Origin: Pseudomonas phage HPP-Temi
Length of the DNA stretch: 64,000 nt
Reading direction: 5' to 3' (one strand)
Sequence record: PP968062.1
The notes beneath the pieces were generated by a model. It saw nothing but the letters and a program-made list of their open reading frames with translations. It was not told the DNA's origin and made no database searches. A program made the translations under genes and the position numbers. Of the stretch, positions 8,641 to 18,368 are shown piece by piece (positions within the stretch are counted from its first letter, which is position 1; each line of letters opens with the position of its first letter).

Positions 8641-8816
8641 TATTTATCCTCATTTACAGTGAATGCAAACATAGTACATTTCGGTTTAGCCGGATGTTGA
8701 CACCATTCCTTCGAAACCTTACCATCGGGTTTGGTCAGTTCATAATAGAACTCACCGCAAGCAGCAGCGAGTCCCATCAGAACTGCAAGAAAACCTACAC
8801 CTATTTTGGTTTTCAC
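8641..8816 (-). CDS. possible small lipoprotein, about 57 aa (GTG start; signal peptide with LAAAC lipobox), not in the ORF track
   Basis: Hand-translated ORF fills a 170-bp gap; GTGA overlap with the upstream stop; weak SD. Confidence 0.3.
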
Positions 8817-9199
8817 TTAGCGATGATCCGTTGTACGAAATGTTGGAGATTTGCAACCAGCCGATCGAACTCTTCCTCGGTCAGCTGATCACGATGAGAT
8901 TCCAGAAGTACTTCTACCTCCGGAAGAACGTTCAGAGCGATGTCCAGCTGGATACGCGAAATGAACTCTGCGACATCCAGTTCACGATCACGCCTGAGCC
9001 GATTCACCAACTTGCGATGTTGATCACTATTACGGTAGGCCGAGATCTTATCGATCAGGATGTCCGATATACTGCTTTCGATCTGCTGTACTTCGGTCGG
9101 ACCTTCTTCCTTGTAGGCTGCTTTTACCGCCAGAACAGCTGCTACTGCGGTAGAGGCAACAGCGACTGCAATGAGACCATACTTGATGTAGTTTTCCAT
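8813..9199 (-). CDS. membrane protein, 128 aa (N-terminal TM)
   Basis: ORF; hydrophobic N-terminus. Confidence 0.55.
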   Translation of the reverse strand: MENYIKYGLIAVAVASTAVAAVLAVKAAYKEEGPTEVQQIESSISDILIDKISAYRNSDQHRKLVNRLRRDRELDVAEFISRIQLDIALNVLPEVEVLLESHRDQLTEEEFDRLVANLQHFVQRIIAK

Positions 9200-9204
9200 G
9201 ATAT

Positions 9205-9531
9205 TTACTCCCAGCCCATTTCGGCTTTGAATTCATCAACGCGGGTATCAACGATGGCTTTATATTCGCCATCGCTATCACGCATCTCTAGTGCCATCTT
9301 GATACGAAGGCCCAGCAGGCGTCGTGAGAAATCCCTGCGCACCTTGAACTCTTGTTCACTTTCAGCGTTGATGCGAGTAATTTCGAAGAGAGCCTCCAGC
9401 TTCTTCGAGAACTCGTTGAAGTAGATCTTGTCCGTGACTTTCTGAGCCAGGATATCTACACCGATCATGATACCAGCTACGGCGAAACCAATGCCAACAC
9501 CGATCGCTACTTCTTTGAGAGTCTGGTTCAT
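9205..9531 (-). CDS. membrane protein, about 109 aa (start at the internal ATG with SD AGGAAAA)
   Basis: ORF; TM VAIGVGIGFAVAGIMIGVDILA. Confidence 0.5.
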   Translation of the reverse strand: MNQTLKEVAIGVGIGFAVAGIMIGVDILAQKVTDKIYFNEFSKKLEALFEITRINAESEQEFKVRRDFSRRLLGLRIKMALEMRDSDGEYKAIVDTRVDEFKAEMGWE

Positions 9532-9568
9532 TTTATATTTTCCTATTTTCGAATTTGGGGGATATTGC

Positions 9569-9721
9569 TTAACGCAGTTCAGCTTTGGGCTTTGCAGCTT
9601 CTTCCTTAGCTTTACGACGTTCTTCCAGCCAGTTGTTGTGGTACATGGCAACGCCAGCGAAGCCAACAACGGCGACGGCGATAAGGCCAAGTTCCAATGC
9701 GTTTTCTTTAATGAAGCTCAT
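9569..9721 (-). CDS. small TM protein, about 50 aa (MSFIKENALELGLIAVAVVGFAGVAMYHNNWLEERRKAKEEAAKPKAELR), not in the ORF track
   Basis: Hand-translated; tightly packed between neighbours. Confidence 0.4.
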   Translation of the reverse strand: MSFIKENALELGLIAVAVVGFAGVAMYHNNWLEERRKAKEEAAKPKAELR

Positions 9722-9726
9722 GGTGA

Positions 9727-10068
9727 TTATCCCTTCAGAGTGCTGTCGGCATTGAAGACATCGGGACCAACCGAGAGACTTCCCAGAAGATCCGGCGCGA
9801 GGTATACGGAGTTGAGAGTTTCGTAAACACCGGCAACGGCATCTACTTTGACCAGACTAGAACTACGCAGGGAAACCCACTCACCGTTGCGATAGGTTTC
9901 ACCGACCAGTACACGAACGTCATCGACGTCGTTACGGTGTGGCCACAGTACCTTGCCTTCCACCACTTCTACGTTACGTGCATGGTAGACCAGTTTACCG
10001 TTCATGCGCGCAACGATGTTCGGACGCTGAAGATCATCGATAACTTTAACAGCGACTGCCTTTTCCAT
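9727..10068 (-). CDS. hypothetical protein, 113 aa
   Basis: ORF. Confidence 0.5.
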   Translation of the reverse strand: MEKAVAVKVIDDLQRPNIVARMNGKLVYHARNVEVVEGKVLWPHRNDVDDVRVLVGETYRNGEWVSLRSSSLVKVDAVAGVYETLNSVYLAPDLLGSLSVGPDVFNADSTLKG

Positions 10069-10079
10069 TTTGTATCTCC

Positions 10080-10235
10080 TTATTTAGTTACAAGCATTTC
10101 TTGGCCATTCGGCCCGATACGATGACCGAGGATAACCTCGGATTCTTTTTCAACTTTCGGAGCTTCATAGGAACCACCGTAAACAACAGCAGCACCCAGA
10201 ACCATACCAACCAGAATCATTACGATAGCTTTCAT
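10080..10235 (-). CDS. small secreted/membrane peptide, 51 aa (MKAIVMILVGMVLGAAVVYGGSYEAPKVEKESEVILGHRIGPNGQEMLVTK), not in the ORF track
   Basis: Hand-translated and verified codon by codon; SD AAGGA; early-promoter-like motif 25 nt upstream. Confidence 0.45.
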   Translation of the reverse strand: MKAIVMILVGMVLGAAVVYGGSYEAPKVEKESEVILGHRIGPNGQEMLVTK

Positions 10236-10263
10236 GTTGAGTTTCCTTCTCAGAATAGGGGTT

Positions 10264-10295
10264 TATCACATTTGTAATATACGTTTCAAATGGAT
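10264..10295 (-). promoter_or_regulatory. putative phage early promoter, TTTGAAAcgTATATTACAAatg (minus strand)
   Basis: One of 4 near-identical copies of TTTAAA-N3-TATATTACAA, about 30-40 nt upstream of the first small gene of an operon. Confidence 0.5.
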
Positions 10296-10319
10296 TAAAA
10301 TGTACATTCGAATGAGATA

Positions 10320-10346
10320 AAGGAAAGGGCTCCTAAGAGCCCATCC
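10320..10346 (-). terminator. rho-independent terminator (gggctc-ctaa-gagccc plus a U-rich tail on minus)
   Basis: After the stop of gene 10349..10630. Confidence 0.55.
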
Positions 10347-10348
10347 AG

Positions 10349-10630
10349 TTACAGCTTGTTGAGGAACTTGCGGATCTCTTCACGCAGCTCGCGCAGAGTT
10401 GCGGTCATGAGGATCTTTTCTTCTGCATCGCTGATCAGCCTTTCAGCCAGCCCTTCCAGTTCGATCTTGCGTTCGTCACTGGTGTAATGAGTCGGCAGAC
10501 GATCGTTTGCATCGCGCAGTTGTTGCAGAATTTCTTCCGCGGTGTTTTCGTCGGTCCAGGTGATAGCGATCATAGAGAGAACGCCACCGATGAGAACGCA
10601 GCCGAGACCTTTAGCGATATTGGAAAACAT
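10349..10630 (-). CDS. membrane protein, 93 aa
   Basis: ORF; N-terminal TM. Confidence 0.5.
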   Translation of the reverse strand: MFSNIAKGLGCVLIGGVLSMIAITWTDENTAEEILQQLRDANDRLPTHYTSDERKIELEGLAERLISDAEEKILMTATLRELREEIRKFLNKL

Positions 10631-10658
10631 GGTAAATCCTTACAGTTGGAAGTATATG

Positions 10659-10859
10659 TTAAGAGGTTGCTTCTTCGGGAGTAGCTTCGGTCGGTTCCGA
10701 TTCCGGAGTAGCGGGCGCTTCGGTTTCAGCCTCGGGTTCTGTGGCGGGGGTTTCAGCTTCCACCGGTTCCGCAGACAGGGTATCATACAACTTGTAAGCA
10801 GCGGTACCCAGAGCGAGGACAGCTGCAACAGCACCAGAGGCGATCAGAATCTTTTTCAT
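10659..10859 (-). CDS. small protein, 66 aa, with an N-terminal signal/TM segment and a P/E/A/T-rich acidic tail
   Basis: ORF. Confidence 0.5.
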   Translation of the reverse strand: MKKILIASGAVAAVLALGTAAYKLYDTLSAEPVEAETPATEPEAETEAPATPESEPTEATPEEATS

Positions 10860-10873
10860 GGGCGGTTTTCCTT

Positions 10874-11203
10874 TTAAGGCAGGTCTTTGTATATGACCTG
10901 TTTGATGTAATGGTCGATCCGCGGTTCAGCGGTCTTCCTGATTGGTTCGTATTCCTTGGAGAGGATTACGGTTACTTCCTCCCAACAAGCATCACGTAAT
11001 AACTCGTAACGCTTCTCGGGAGTTCCAACAAGGTACTGGCTCCTACGGAGCAAGACACAGTGATAGCTATCAATAATCTTACCAGCATCATTAACAACCT
11101 TGTTCACCATGTCGATATGGCGCTGCATCAGATAGGCAGTTCCAGCACAACAGGCTACAACCACGCCAGTCACTACAGCGCCGATGACGTAGACGGTTCT
11201 CAC
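10874..11203 (-). CDS. membrane protein, 109 aa (GTG start)
   Basis: ORF; N-terminal TM; GTGA coupling. Confidence 0.5.
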   Translation of the reverse strand: MRTVYVIGAVVTGVVVACCAGTAYLMQRHIDMVNKVVNDAGKIIDSYHCVLLRRSQYLVGTPEKRYELLRDACWEEVTVILSKEYEPIRKTAEPRIDHYIKQVIYKDLP

Positions 11204-11295
11204 GAACCTACTACTTCGTCGTAGATGGCACCTGCAATGTTCATTGCCATGATACCAACGGTTACCACGAAGACGGTCTTGAAGAGAGTGTTCAT
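11200..11295 (-). CDS. tiny hydrophobic peptide, about 31 aa (MNTLFKTVFVVTVGIMAMNIAGAIYDEVVGS), not in the ORF track
   Basis: Hand-translated; ATGA-coupled to its neighbours. Confidence 0.3.
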   Translation of the reverse strand: MNTLFKTVFVVTVGIMAMNIAGAIYDEVVGS

Positions 11296-11402
11296 ACTTG
11301 TTCTCCTTGAGCAGCGTTGAAGACTTCGTCTACAGCCCAGCAGGCAGCGTTGACGACGATGATGCAAGCAGCGAGTTTAACACAGAAACGTGCAAGGTCC
11401 AT
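11292..11402 (-). CDS. tiny hydrophobic peptide, about 36 aa (MDLARFCVKLAACIIVVNAACWAVDEVFNAAQGEQV), not in the ORF track
   Basis: Hand-translated; SD AAGGAG; first gene after an early-promoter-like motif. Confidence 0.3.
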   Translation of the reverse strand: MDLARFCVKLAACIIVVNAACWAVDEVFNAAQGEQV

Positions 11403-11429
11403 GGTGAATCTCCTTGATTTGATTGGCTA

Positions 11430-11460
11430 TTATCACACTTGTAATATAGCCTTTAAATTG
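11430..11460 (-). promoter_or_regulatory. putative early promoter, TTTAAAggcTATATTACAAgtg (minus)
   Basis: Second copy of the motif. Confidence 0.5.
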
Positions 11461-11476
11461 GTTTGAATGTAATCGG

Positions 11477-11911
11477 TTAAACTACCGACTTGCGGGTAAT
11501 GCGTTCGATCAGGTTCTGATCAGTGATGAAGTGACCCAGTACACGACCGATGATATCATCGGCCATGTGTTCGTTGTGGATGTTCACATCAGTGCACAGG
11601 TTGTTGATCAGGCCAGCTTGGCGCTGAAGACCTTGAGTGTTAGCGATGGACTTCTTGCGATATTCCTTGATCACTTCAACGAACTGACGTTCACCGGTAA
11701 TGAAGCGACTGTTCAGACTGGAATAACGCAGGATGTTTTCCATCTTGCCGATCATGTTGTCCATGGTCGACATGTGCCACTTCCAGATATCGGACTTGAT
11801 ATCCTTGGCCAGTTCACGTTGATGGTTCATGTAGATGGCATAAGACATGTAAGCGATGAAGGCGATTACACTCAGGGCTACGATTACGTTGATTGCGATA
11901 TTCATTTTCAA
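11477..11911 (-). CDS. membrane protein, 144 aa (N-terminal TM)
   Basis: ORF; preceded by a hairpin plus TTTATGTCGCT. Confidence 0.55.
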   Translation of the reverse strand: MKMNIAINVIVALSVIAFIAYMSYAIYMNHQRELAKDIKSDIWKWHMSTMDNMIGKMENILRYSSLNSRFITGERQFVEVIKEYRKKSIANTQGLQRQAGLINNLCTDVNIHNEHMADDIIGRVLGHFITDQNLIERITRKSVV

Positions 11912-11934
11912 TTTCCTTTTGGGTTGGAGTGAAG

Positions 11935-11972
11935 CGACATAAAGCCCTGATCGGAATGACCAGGACTTTTAA
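11935..11972 (-). terminator. imperfect hairpin with a CATAAAG ... CTTTATGTCGCT flank, downstream of the macro-domain gene
   Basis: Motif family member; weaker stem. Confidence 0.35.
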
Positions 11973-11978
11973 GTTTGG

Positions 11979-12452
11979 TTAAGCAAGGGCCGCCATCCAG
12001 GGCGGTACAACGACCACCATCTCGTTTGGGATATGACCGCTGAATAGTTCTAATGCTTGTTTCACATCAGGCCATTTCAACATGCCGTTTCCGCAACCGA
12101 GCGGGGGTACAACGATCTTCCACTTAGGGTCGATCCCATCTTCTACATCAATGTTGTCGACGATCCATTGAAGACCGTCATTGATGTAGCTTAACTGTGA
12201 ATCATCTTGCCACCGATCTTTAGTCGGGAACATCATGTAACGTTTACCATCATCACCTAGATAGATGGCTGGGTTACCGATTGTGATGATACGGTACTTG
12301 CAGTCATGCTTGTACTTCTGATACAGCTCGGGGAACTTATCGCGAAACCTCTCGGCTAGACCAGTTCCCATTACGCCTCGGGTGTTAACAGTGATAAGGT
12401 AAAGATCCCCAGGCTCTTTAAAGATGTCTTTACCTATTACGAATTCAGCCAT
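11979..12452 (-). CDS. macro-domain protein (ADP-ribose binding/processing fold), 157 aa
   Basis: ITVNTRGVMGTGLAERF matches the macro motif N-x-x-N-x-x-L-x-GGGV, and VVPPLGCGNGML matches the second glycine-rich macro motif. Confidence 0.55.
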   Translation of the reverse strand: MAEFVIGKDIFKEPGDLYLITVNTRGVMGTGLAERFRDKFPELYQKYKHDCKYRIITIGNPAIYLGDDGKRYMMFPTKDRWQDDSQLSYINDGLQWIVDNIDVEDGIDPKWKIVVPPLGCGNGMLKWPDVKQALELFSGHIPNEMVVVVPPWMAALA

Positions 12453-12521
12453 AGTGAATGGCTCCTTTGCCCTACAAAAATCTAATGGTCATGAGACCAC
12501 AACTCATCAGATTGTGCAAGA

Positions 12522-12686
12522 TTAGGCGAACTCGTTTACCGCCTTTTTTACTGCTATAGTTAGGGTAATTGCAGCGGTTATCATCGCGAGTCCAGCGGTT
12601 GCATATTGGAGCAGTTCACGGTTGTGCGCATACTCGCGTCTGGATTTCTCGTTGTCTTCGTGGGACTTTTTGTGATCGTAGAACAT
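12522..12686 (-). CDS. small TM protein, 54 aa (MFYDHKKSHEDNEKSRREYAHNRELLQYATAGLAMITAAITLTIAVKKAVNEFA), not in the ORF track
   Basis: Hand-translated and verified; SD AAGGA. Confidence 0.45.
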   Translation of the reverse strand: MFYDHKKSHEDNEKSRREYAHNRELLQYATAGLAMITAAITLTIAVKKAVNEFA

Positions 12687-12695
12687 GATGTATCC

Positions 12696-12838
12696 TTAGA
12701 GACCGTTAAAGATCAAAGTGAGAATCAAAGCAACTGCAAAGGTAGCGATTACGCCTTCGAGTGTAATCCAGCTCGGAGGTGTGTTGGGGTCATTACGCTT
12801 TTCACGGGGGAACATTTCTTCCTTAGCTTGTTCTTGCA
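12696..12838 (-). pseudogene. small ORF (29 aa) that may be a frameshifted small TM protein
   Basis: ATG with an AGGTG SD right after an early-promoter-like motif. The frame stops after 29 codons, but the +2 frame continues into a clean TM segment (SWITLEGVIATFAVALILTLIFNGL) that has no start of its own. Confidence 0.25.
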
Positions 12839-12846
12839 TAAAGCAC

Positions 12847-13278
12847 CTAATAGAACTGGTTTATTCCCTCTTGTGATATAGGGTTTAAAATGCTTTGAAT
12901 GCAAGGTGGACATTCACGCAGTTCTATAATCAACGCTTCTATGTTACCTTCTTCATTACAATACGTTTGTACATTAGTTATTTCCCCATTTAGACTATTG
13001 AATGCTAGCCTGTGGTGATGATACAGATCTCTGAAGTGCCCTTCAAAGTAACTAGCCGATACCGGATAACGCTGGAGTTCCATTAGGATGTATTGATAAC
13101 CCTTATTGAACTCTTGGGCATTATGGTTGTAAATGAAGTTGTGTTGCAGTTTGATGTATTCAGTTGCCAAAGAGTACAGATGGTTTATTACATCCATGTT
13201 GAGGTCAATGAACCCCTTTAAAGATCCAATATAGTTGTATGACCATACGTGGTCAATACGAAAGAGCACGTTCTGCAT
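12847..13278 (-). CDS. hypothetical protein, 143 aa
   Basis: ORF; overlaps the promoter-like motif region at its 3' end. Confidence 0.5.
   Translation of the reverse strand: MQNVLFRIDHVWSYNYIGSLKGFIDLNMDVINHLYSLATEYIKLQHNFIYNHNAQEFNKGYQYILMELQRYPVSASYFEGHFRDLYHHHRLAFNSLNGEITNVQTYCNEEGNIEALIIELRECPPCIQSILNPISQEGINQFY
12862..12892 (-). promoter_or_regulatory. putative early promoter variant, TTTAAAcccTATATCACAAgag (minus)
   Basis: Third copy, with one mismatch. Confidence 0.45.
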
Positions 13279-13287
13279 ATGGTCCTA

Positions 13288-13322
13288 CCTAAATAAAAAC
13301 CCACCCCAATTAAGGGGTGGGA
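13288..13322 (-). terminator. rho-independent terminator (cccacccc-aattaa-ggggtggg plus UUUUUAUUU on minus)
   Basis: Classic intrinsic terminator ending the 4-gene operon 18368 to 13310. Confidence 0.75.
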
Positions 13323-14695
13323 TCTATACCGTCTTCTGTTACTTCGAAACGGTTAATGAAAACGCCCAGCGTTACAATACCGACGTGGCGATTGACTGTG
13401 GCCCCAGCGTCAGCACTCTTACGTTGTTCGTTTACACCTAATAACACACCGTGGTATGTTTTAACCTTGTTATCAGAGATCGTCTGAAATTTGACAGGCA
13501 TCCCAGGATACAGAAGATCCGGATTACCATAAGTCCATTCGAGTTTAATCTCTTGTCCCTGTTTCCTAGCCATATCGCTGTATTGCTTGAACGGGTTAGA
13601 AGTCAACCGATCCTTAGCCCAGCGTACATTATTGAAACCGGTATCCAGATCCTTCATCTTGACTTCAAATAAGTTAGTAGCCCGATCAACGAGCATCTTA
13701 TTATCTTTATCAATAGCAAAGTCCTGGAAAATTTTACGTGCATCACCAAAGCGGAACGAGTTACCGTTCTGAATCTGCTCTGCAAGGCCACTATCAAGCG
13801 AACTAGCGTCACCCGTGGCCAAGACAGTAATGTGTCGCATCGTGTTTCTAAACGTCTTTTCGGCGCCTTTATAGCGGTCGTTAGGAACGTTGATCAGGTT
13901 GAGTACTTTCGTATTCTTACCGTATCGAGTTGTATCGTAAAGAGGATAGAAATAGATGATCTGGTTCTGGATATATCGACCCATTCCAGTTGCATAGATT
14001 CCACCTTCTTTATCTTGAAGGAACCTGTGAACATCCTTCAGAGGCATCCCATCGGGAATGATAATTTGGTTACGTTCTTCTTGGCTATAACCATCGGCTA
14101 CATCCATAGCAATTAAACGTTGATCATCTGCCCCACCTACCAATTGACCAAACTGAGTCCAGATAGACTGCAAGGCATTCATGGTAGTTGTAATGCGATA
14201 CGTGGTACCGCAGGTAACCATCATCATTTTGTACGTCAGTTCATCTACTAACTGCATCTGAACTTTAATCATACCGATTTGGTTCATCGCCTCACGAGAT
14301 TTCAGGTTAGAGTGTTTACCGGATAGTGCCGGGTTATCATCACCACTAACAGAAATAAATCCACGATAACGCTTTGTAACAGCCTTACGTTCAACATCAC
14401 GTGTAGAGATAGTATCGAGCAGAGGAAGCTCGGACAAATCCACCTGTAGATTATCACGGTAAGGAACGATGTCATGAACGTAGTCACCATAACCGATCAG
14501 AAATTGCACTTCACGAAAATCACCTAACTGGCCACTCCCATAGTCCCTCTGTAAATACAGAAAATCGAGACGGATGGGAGTAATCCATTTTTTGTTAGCG
14601 AGGATCTTAATCTCATTACGGAAGTTAGCGTAGCTTTCGCCGATCTCAGTTACCTGCTCTACTTCACGCATTAATAGCGTGCTATCGACAGACAT
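13310..14695 (-). CDS. hypothetical protein, 461 aa (probable late/virion protein)
   Basis: Long ORF; last gene of the late operon. Confidence 0.65.
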   Translation of the reverse strand: MSVDSTLLMREVEQVTEIGESYANFRNEIKILANKKWITPIRLDFLYLQRDYGSGQLGDFREVQFLIGYGDYVHDIVPYRDNLQVDLSELPLLDTISTRDVERKAVTKRYRGFISVSGDDNPALSGKHSNLKSREAMNQIGMIKVQMQLVDELTYKMMMVTCGTTYRITTTMNALQSIWTQFGQLVGGADDQRLIAMDVADGYSQEERNQIIIPDGMPLKDVHRFLQDKEGGIYATGMGRYIQNQIIYFYPLYDTTRYGKNTKVLNLINVPNDRYKGAEKTFRNTMRHITVLATGDASSLDSGLAEQIQNGNSFRFGDARKIFQDFAIDKDNKMLVDRATNLFEVKMKDLDTGFNNVRWAKDRLTSNPFKQYSDMARKQGQEIKLEWTYGNPDLLYPGMPVKFQTISDNKVKTYHGVLLGVNEQRKSADAGATVNRHVGIVTLGVFINRFEVTEDGIDPTP

Positions 14696-15267
14696 TATTC
14701 GGCCTCCACAACGTAACGCTCAATCTGATCAACGATAGATACGTAAGGTTTCAACTTACCATCAACTTCAGCACGACCTTGCAACCACTTGTTAGTAGAT
14801 GCCAGGTTCCGACGACGGTTCATTGCTACCAGAGAGTCAAAGATTTGACTACGTACGTCTTCACGCGGTTCCAGCTTCTTAGCCAGTTCGTATACCTCAA
14901 TTGCCAAAGCTTCGAATAAACGAAGATCTTCAATTGGAGGGAATCCATCTGGATGTGCATGGAATAGAGTTTGTTCACGCCAGTCACCCAGATGCTTCTG
15001 AATATCAGAATAGATCTGAGCGCAGTCTTTATAGTTAACCAGGCCAACCGTGTAACCTTCACCTAGTAACATTGCCATGCCAGCCGCAGTCTGTTGACCG
15101 CGGGACATGTGCATTGCCCGTTCCCGGTCGACTTGTTTGTCGCCAGTTACGTTGATGTGGTTATTACGGAGGTAGTTGGTACTATAAGCTGCAAGGTCTG
15201 GGACAACAACTTCATAGCGGAGATGGAACAAACGCCATGCCGCAGTGTATCGTTCACAGAGTTGCAT
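14695..15267 (-). CDS. hypothetical protein, 190 aa
   Basis: ORF; stop/start overlap. Confidence 0.6.
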   Translation of the reverse strand: MQLCERYTAAWRLFHLRYEVVVPDLAAYSTNYLRNNHINVTGDKQVDRERAMHMSRGQQTAAGMAMLLGEGYTVGLVNYKDCAQIYSDIQKHLGDWREQTLFHAHPDGFPPIEDLRLFEALAIEVYELAKKLEPREDVRSQIFDSLVAMNRRRNLASTNKWLQGRAEVDGKLKPYVSIVDQIERYVVEAE

Positions 15268-15273
15268 TGGAGA

Positions 15274-16680
15274 TTACCTCGTTGCGTATTTAAGTAGAGC
15301 AATCAGGACAGGGTGATAATAGAAGCGTTCCAAGTTATCCCAAGAGAGGCAGCACTTAGTAACTTTCCTCAACTGGTTCATGTCCATCGGTTTGCGGTTG
15401 ATCATTTGCCAAGCTAGCATTTCCAACTTTGTTTGTAGCTTAGCGTCTTCGGTGTAGAATGCTTCGGTGAATACGTAGAAGTTATCACGTACTACTGGAG
15501 CGATATCAGCTGGTCGATCCCAAGCACTATCTTGTTTGATAGTGTTCGGGTCAGCACGCTTGAACCATTCAAGATCTCGTTCTTCCTGAGTCTTGTATGG
15601 CGTCTGTGGACGACGGGGTTGTCCTTCATGGAAAGGAATACCTTCCGGACGAGCACGGTCTTCACCATCGTACTGGGAGTCTACATCAGTAGGAGCATCC
15701 ATCGGGAATACGAAACGTGGGATACCGGTATAACCGATAGCTTGAAGTTCAGGACGCCAGCGAGAGATTCGTGTAGCTACAAGATGAGCGCGCTCAGTAG
15801 AACCACACAGACGTGTAGCGTCTTGCCGGAGAATAGCATCCCACACAGTAGGCTGTTTCATTACCGGTTCAGACATCACGTTCAGAAGCTTAACGTTCAT
15901 CATCCGACGGTCAGCTTTCATATCAACCATCATTATCATTGCTTTAGTAACGAAGTGGTCGTATGTCTTCATCAGCTGATCCGGTACAAGGAACGTACTG
16001 TGCTCAACAGAGAAGAAGTCACTGATATAACGACGGATGATTTCTTTACGGAGAGCAACGAAGTCTTTCTGATCTTGTTGTTCTTGTTCCGTAACGAAAG
16101 GACCGCAACCACTGGTCAGAGAACTGGCCGAGTAGTAATAGGTCAGAATGGTTTTGCGTTCAAGGTCAGCAATCTGTTGTTCAGTCAGTTTGCTAACCAT
16201 CTTCCATTCAATGGCGTAAGTCGAATCACGCAGGAAGGTTTCACGACGAGCAGCCGTGATAGTAAACAGACCCAGTACGCCGTCACCGATGTTACCGATG
16301 AACATGTCTCCGACGTTAGGTACTAGGAACGGATACGTGTGACCAGCACCAGTTACCGAGAACGTACGAATGCGTTCATCCTGAGAGATATCCAGAGACT
16401 GGTTTACTTTCAGGTCCATTCCTTTAATGCAGCGATACTGCTGATAAGGAGGCTGACGGTGCAGGGCTAGCGGAGTCGGTTCTTGAGTCGTGTCCAGAAC
16501 CTGAGAGAAGTACGTGACGTTCCAGTTAGAGCCGTTGATCCATGCAAGCATAGAACTCTTCGGTACGAACTTGGTGTCAATGGCAATACCCCTATAAACA
16601 TCGGGACGTGCTTTAACTTCGATCGGGTTAACTTCTGGACTCTGAGGAGCGACTTCTTCCTCGTCTACAAAAAGAGACAT
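15274..16680 (-). CDS. hypothetical protein, 468 aa
   Basis: Long ORF. Confidence 0.65.
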   Translation of the reverse strand: MSLFVDEEEVAPQSPEVNPIEVKARPDVYRGIAIDTKFVPKSSMLAWINGSNWNVTYFSQVLDTTQEPTPLALHRQPPYQQYRCIKGMDLKVNQSLDISQDERIRTFSVTGAGHTYPFLVPNVGDMFIGNIGDGVLGLFTITAARRETFLRDSTYAIEWKMVSKLTEQQIADLERKTILTYYYSASSLTSGCGPFVTEQEQQDQKDFVALRKEIIRRYISDFFSVEHSTFLVPDQLMKTYDHFVTKAMIMMVDMKADRRMMNVKLLNVMSEPVMKQPTVWDAILRQDATRLCGSTERAHLVATRISRWRPELQAIGYTGIPRFVFPMDAPTDVDSQYDGEDRARPEGIPFHEGQPRRPQTPYKTQEERDLEWFKRADPNTIKQDSAWDRPADIAPVVRDNFYVFTEAFYTEDAKLQTKLEMLAWQMINRKPMDMNQLRKVTKCCLSWDNLERFYYHPVLIALLKYATR

Positions 16681-16682
16681 CG

Positions 16683-18368
16683 TTAACTCCTAATGTCGGA
16701 AATGATGTGTGCAAACAATACGTTCAATGGACCGACTTTATGTTGATCTATATAACCACCACCTGGTCCAACTTCTGCAATGATCTTGTCTTGCTCTTCA
16801 CGAGCTTTAGCAATATCACCCCATTTCACGATACCACGTTTAAACGTATTAGGTAATTCAGACGTGATAGGTGTAGTACCTTCACCTGGAGCTTCTGGGT
16901 TTTCTGGACGAGGGCCACTTAGGCCCAGTAGTTTCATCTTCTCGATCGGGTTACGACCAATACTAACACGGAACAACCGGAACAGACTCCAACAAGTAGT
17001 TGGATAACGGCGAATCATCTCCCAGTACTTATCATGGATACCATAGAAGTTCTTAGAGAGACTGATTTGGATGTGGTAATACTTCAGCGGATCTAATGGG
17101 AATGTTGTTCTCAGAAGAGTAGTTCCAGGATCAATCGTCATCGGTACACGTAACCGTTCGTTATTTTGGTACAGACGGATTTCAAAGAAAGAACCATCTG
17201 CAATTGCAGCTGTTCCTAATGTCTTAATAAACTCAAGCCAATACGGGTTGAATGTAAACCGACCTAGGTTCTTGAAGTCCATCAGAGATGTCAGGTCATC
17301 CTTACTCAAACACAGCAGTCCGTTAAAGAACGTGAAGCGGTGAATAGGAATCTGATCGGTATGCCAATCATCGACATCTGGATGTTGAATGTAGGGCAGC
17401 CCCATGTCACGCATCAGAAGGAACTGATGGTCAAGGGTACCACGCAGAGAAGTTGTCTTACGATCAACAGCCTGATAGTTCTGATAACGATATTCAGGAC
17501 GGAAGATCTTCGGGATCACACACTGGTTCATCAGCATCGGGTAAGATACCCGCATGTGAGTTGGCCGCTCGTAACGACAGAGATAACTGAAGTTAACAGT
17601 GTAGCCACCAGCATTGTCAGAAGACTTCTGTGGAGTATCAGGAGACGAACTGAAATCGAACCAACCTACCACGTCAACTTGTCGTTCGTAGATAGTCAGC
17701 GTCGGATGGGTATCGATAAGAGTAGCCATCTCAGTCTGCGGTTGGCACCAATGAGCTTCCATCCATTCTTGGAAGGATTGATCACTTGGCCAATTAGACT
17801 TCTGCATCGTATCGTACAGACCTTTCATAAGGCCCAGTAGAGACGGAGGAACGTTGTAGTGATAAGTCAACGACATAGTCATCTCAGCACCACCAGCAGA
17901 ACAACGAATACGTTGATCGTCTAACCAGCGTTGAGCCAGTACTACGTTAGGTGCCTGATACTCGATGTCAATCCTGAAATCAACAAAGCGTCGAATAGGA
18001 CGAATTGTAATATCGTGAGTCTCGTCTACAAATAGAGGGAAGTTCTCGTTATTGTAAACAGAGGTGGAAAGAGTAAAGTTCTCTTCCGCTATTTCTTCAT
18101 AGGACACTACAATCCTTTCTTCTGGATCGAAGTGTACTGCGTCAGCTGCATCACAGCAGTTACCGAACATACCGTCGTTCATTGGAACTGTATCGATACG
18201 ACCTGGGAGTAGAACTCTGGTTGCACCGGGTAACTGCATCATGGTAGCAATCTGTCGAACAGCATCAACAGACACCTTCCGCATTACGGTTTCGTATACG
18301 TCTGGCAAGGGGATAGTTGCATGGGGCATGGTAACCACCTCATGGTTTAAGATCATAAGATCCGGCAT
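16683..18368 (-). CDS. hypothetical protein, 561 aa
   Basis: Long ORF; preceded by a hairpin plus TTTATGCCGG. Confidence 0.65.
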   Translation of the reverse strand: MPDLMILNHEVVTMPHATIPLPDVYETVMRKVSVDAVRQIATMMQLPGATRVLLPGRIDTVPMNDGMFGNCCDAADAVHFDPEERIVVSYEEIAEENFTLSTSVYNNENFPLFVDETHDITIRPIRRFVDFRIDIEYQAPNVVLAQRWLDDQRIRCSAGGAEMTMSLTYHYNVPPSLLGLMKGLYDTMQKSNWPSDQSFQEWMEAHWCQPQTEMATLIDTHPTLTIYERQVDVVGWFDFSSSPDTPQKSSDNAGGYTVNFSYLCRYERPTHMRVSYPMLMNQCVIPKIFRPEYRYQNYQAVDRKTTSLRGTLDHQFLLMRDMGLPYIQHPDVDDWHTDQIPIHRFTFFNGLLCLSKDDLTSLMDFKNLGRFTFNPYWLEFIKTLGTAAIADGSFFEIRLYQNNERLRVPMTIDPGTTLLRTTFPLDPLKYYHIQISLSKNFYGIHDKYWEMIRRYPTTCWSLFRLFRVSIGRNPIEKMKLLGLSGPRPENPEAPGEGTTPITSELPNTFKRGIVKWGDIAKAREEQDKIIAEVGPGGGYIDQHKVGPLNVLFAHIISDIRS

